From assembly GCF_006345805.1 (NCBI RefSeq), contig NC_043022.1, positions 2,852,001-2,916,000 on the forward strand: a DNA stretch of 64,000 nt, in the 5' to 3' direction. Under the pieces are notes generated by a model, which was given only the letters and a program-made list of their open reading frames with translations, did not search any database and was not told the DNA's origin. This DNA comes from Octopus sinensis (lineage: Eukaryota). Each line of letters begins with the position of its first letter. The stretch's first letter is position 1. A program made the translations under genes and the position numbers. This document shows, piece by piece, positions 63,260 through 64,000 of the stretch.

Positions 63260-63490
63260 TGATTGAAAGTCGTTGGTACTCCTGATTTTCAAGCATGATG
63301 TTAGTCATCAGCCATTTTGAATGCGAATGACAGAAGTGATTGTTGTGACCATGAGGTGGGCTGTGACTGATCGAGGATGGTCACATGGTATTGTGGTCTG
63401 ATGTTGGTGTATGGATAACTGTTAGTTGGAAAATACTACATGGCCAACAAGAAATTGATCATGTGGTGGACATGGGTCCATTTCTGGTCT
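63260..63490 (-). mobile_element. Possible degraded L1/Tx1-type LINE fragment (end of AP endonuclease)
   Basis: Fragmentary minus-strand reading ..TSDHN.. followed by [13 protein letters not shown]; weak. Confidence 0.25.
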
Positions 63491-63519
63491 ATATATATAT
63501 TCACATCCCTGTAATATAC

Positions 63520-63898
63520 TCTTTTACTTGTTTCAGTCATTTGACTGCGGCCATGCTGGAGCACCGACTTTAACTGAGCAAGTCGACCCCGGGACGTATT
63601 CTATCGGTCTCTTTTGCCGAGCCGCGAAGTGACGGGGACGTGAACACACCAGCATCGGTTGTCAAGCAATGCTAGGGGGACAAACACAGACACACGAACA
63701 CACACACACACACATACATATATATACATATATACGACAGGCTTCTTTCAGTTTCCGTCTACCAAATCCACTCACAAGGCATTGGTCGGCCTGGGGCTAT
63801 AGCAGAAGACACTTGCTCAAGATGCCACGCAGTGGGACTGAACCCGGAACCATGTGGCTGGTTAGCAAGCTACTTACCACACAGCCACTCCTGCGCCT
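63520..63898 (-). mobile_element. SINE family A (another partial copy begins at ~63930)
   Basis: Family match with a small internal deletion. Confidence 0.8.
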
Positions 63899-64000
63899 AT
63901 GTTGGTGTATGAATATATACATATTCTTTTATTCTTTTACTTGTTTCAGTCACTTGACTGCGGCCATGCTGGAGCACCACCTTTAAGTTGAGCAAATTCA

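Overview
Eukaryotic, AT-rich, repeat-saturated DNA with no recognisable intact host gene. The repeat make-up (tRNA-derived SINEs with internal TA/CA microsatellites, huge TA/CA tracts) suggests a cephalopod, probably Octopus-like, genome; this is inference only. Nearly all ORFs in the supplied track are artefacts of microsatellites, satellites or SINEs. The real protein-coding relics are all mobile elements. (1) A near-full-length R2-clade non-LTR retrotransposon at 16.5-21.6 kb (3 zinc fingers, Myb, RT YADD, CCHC, PD-D restriction-like endonuclease), lightly mutated. It is not in 28S rDNA but sits between two pieces of a tRNA-derived SINE. (2) A Penelope-like RT at 28.4-30.8 kb whose C-terminal half is inverted and which carries an internal 134-bp x6 array. 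(3) Tc1 transposase, CR1 and RTE 3' fragments. Three unrelated short fold-back elements (4.5, 34.3, 59.1 kb) each carry a back-to-back pair of minimal type-I hammerhead-ribozyme motifs, which the ORF track does not reveal. Also present: a 173-bp x~11 array made from a CR1 3' end, a VNTR-bearing RTE-tailed element, four non-autonomous Helitrons, several MITEs, and a 10.5-kb 24/23-bp satellite with a ~1.8-kb higher-order repeat. All family assignments come from manual motif reading; no database search was run.
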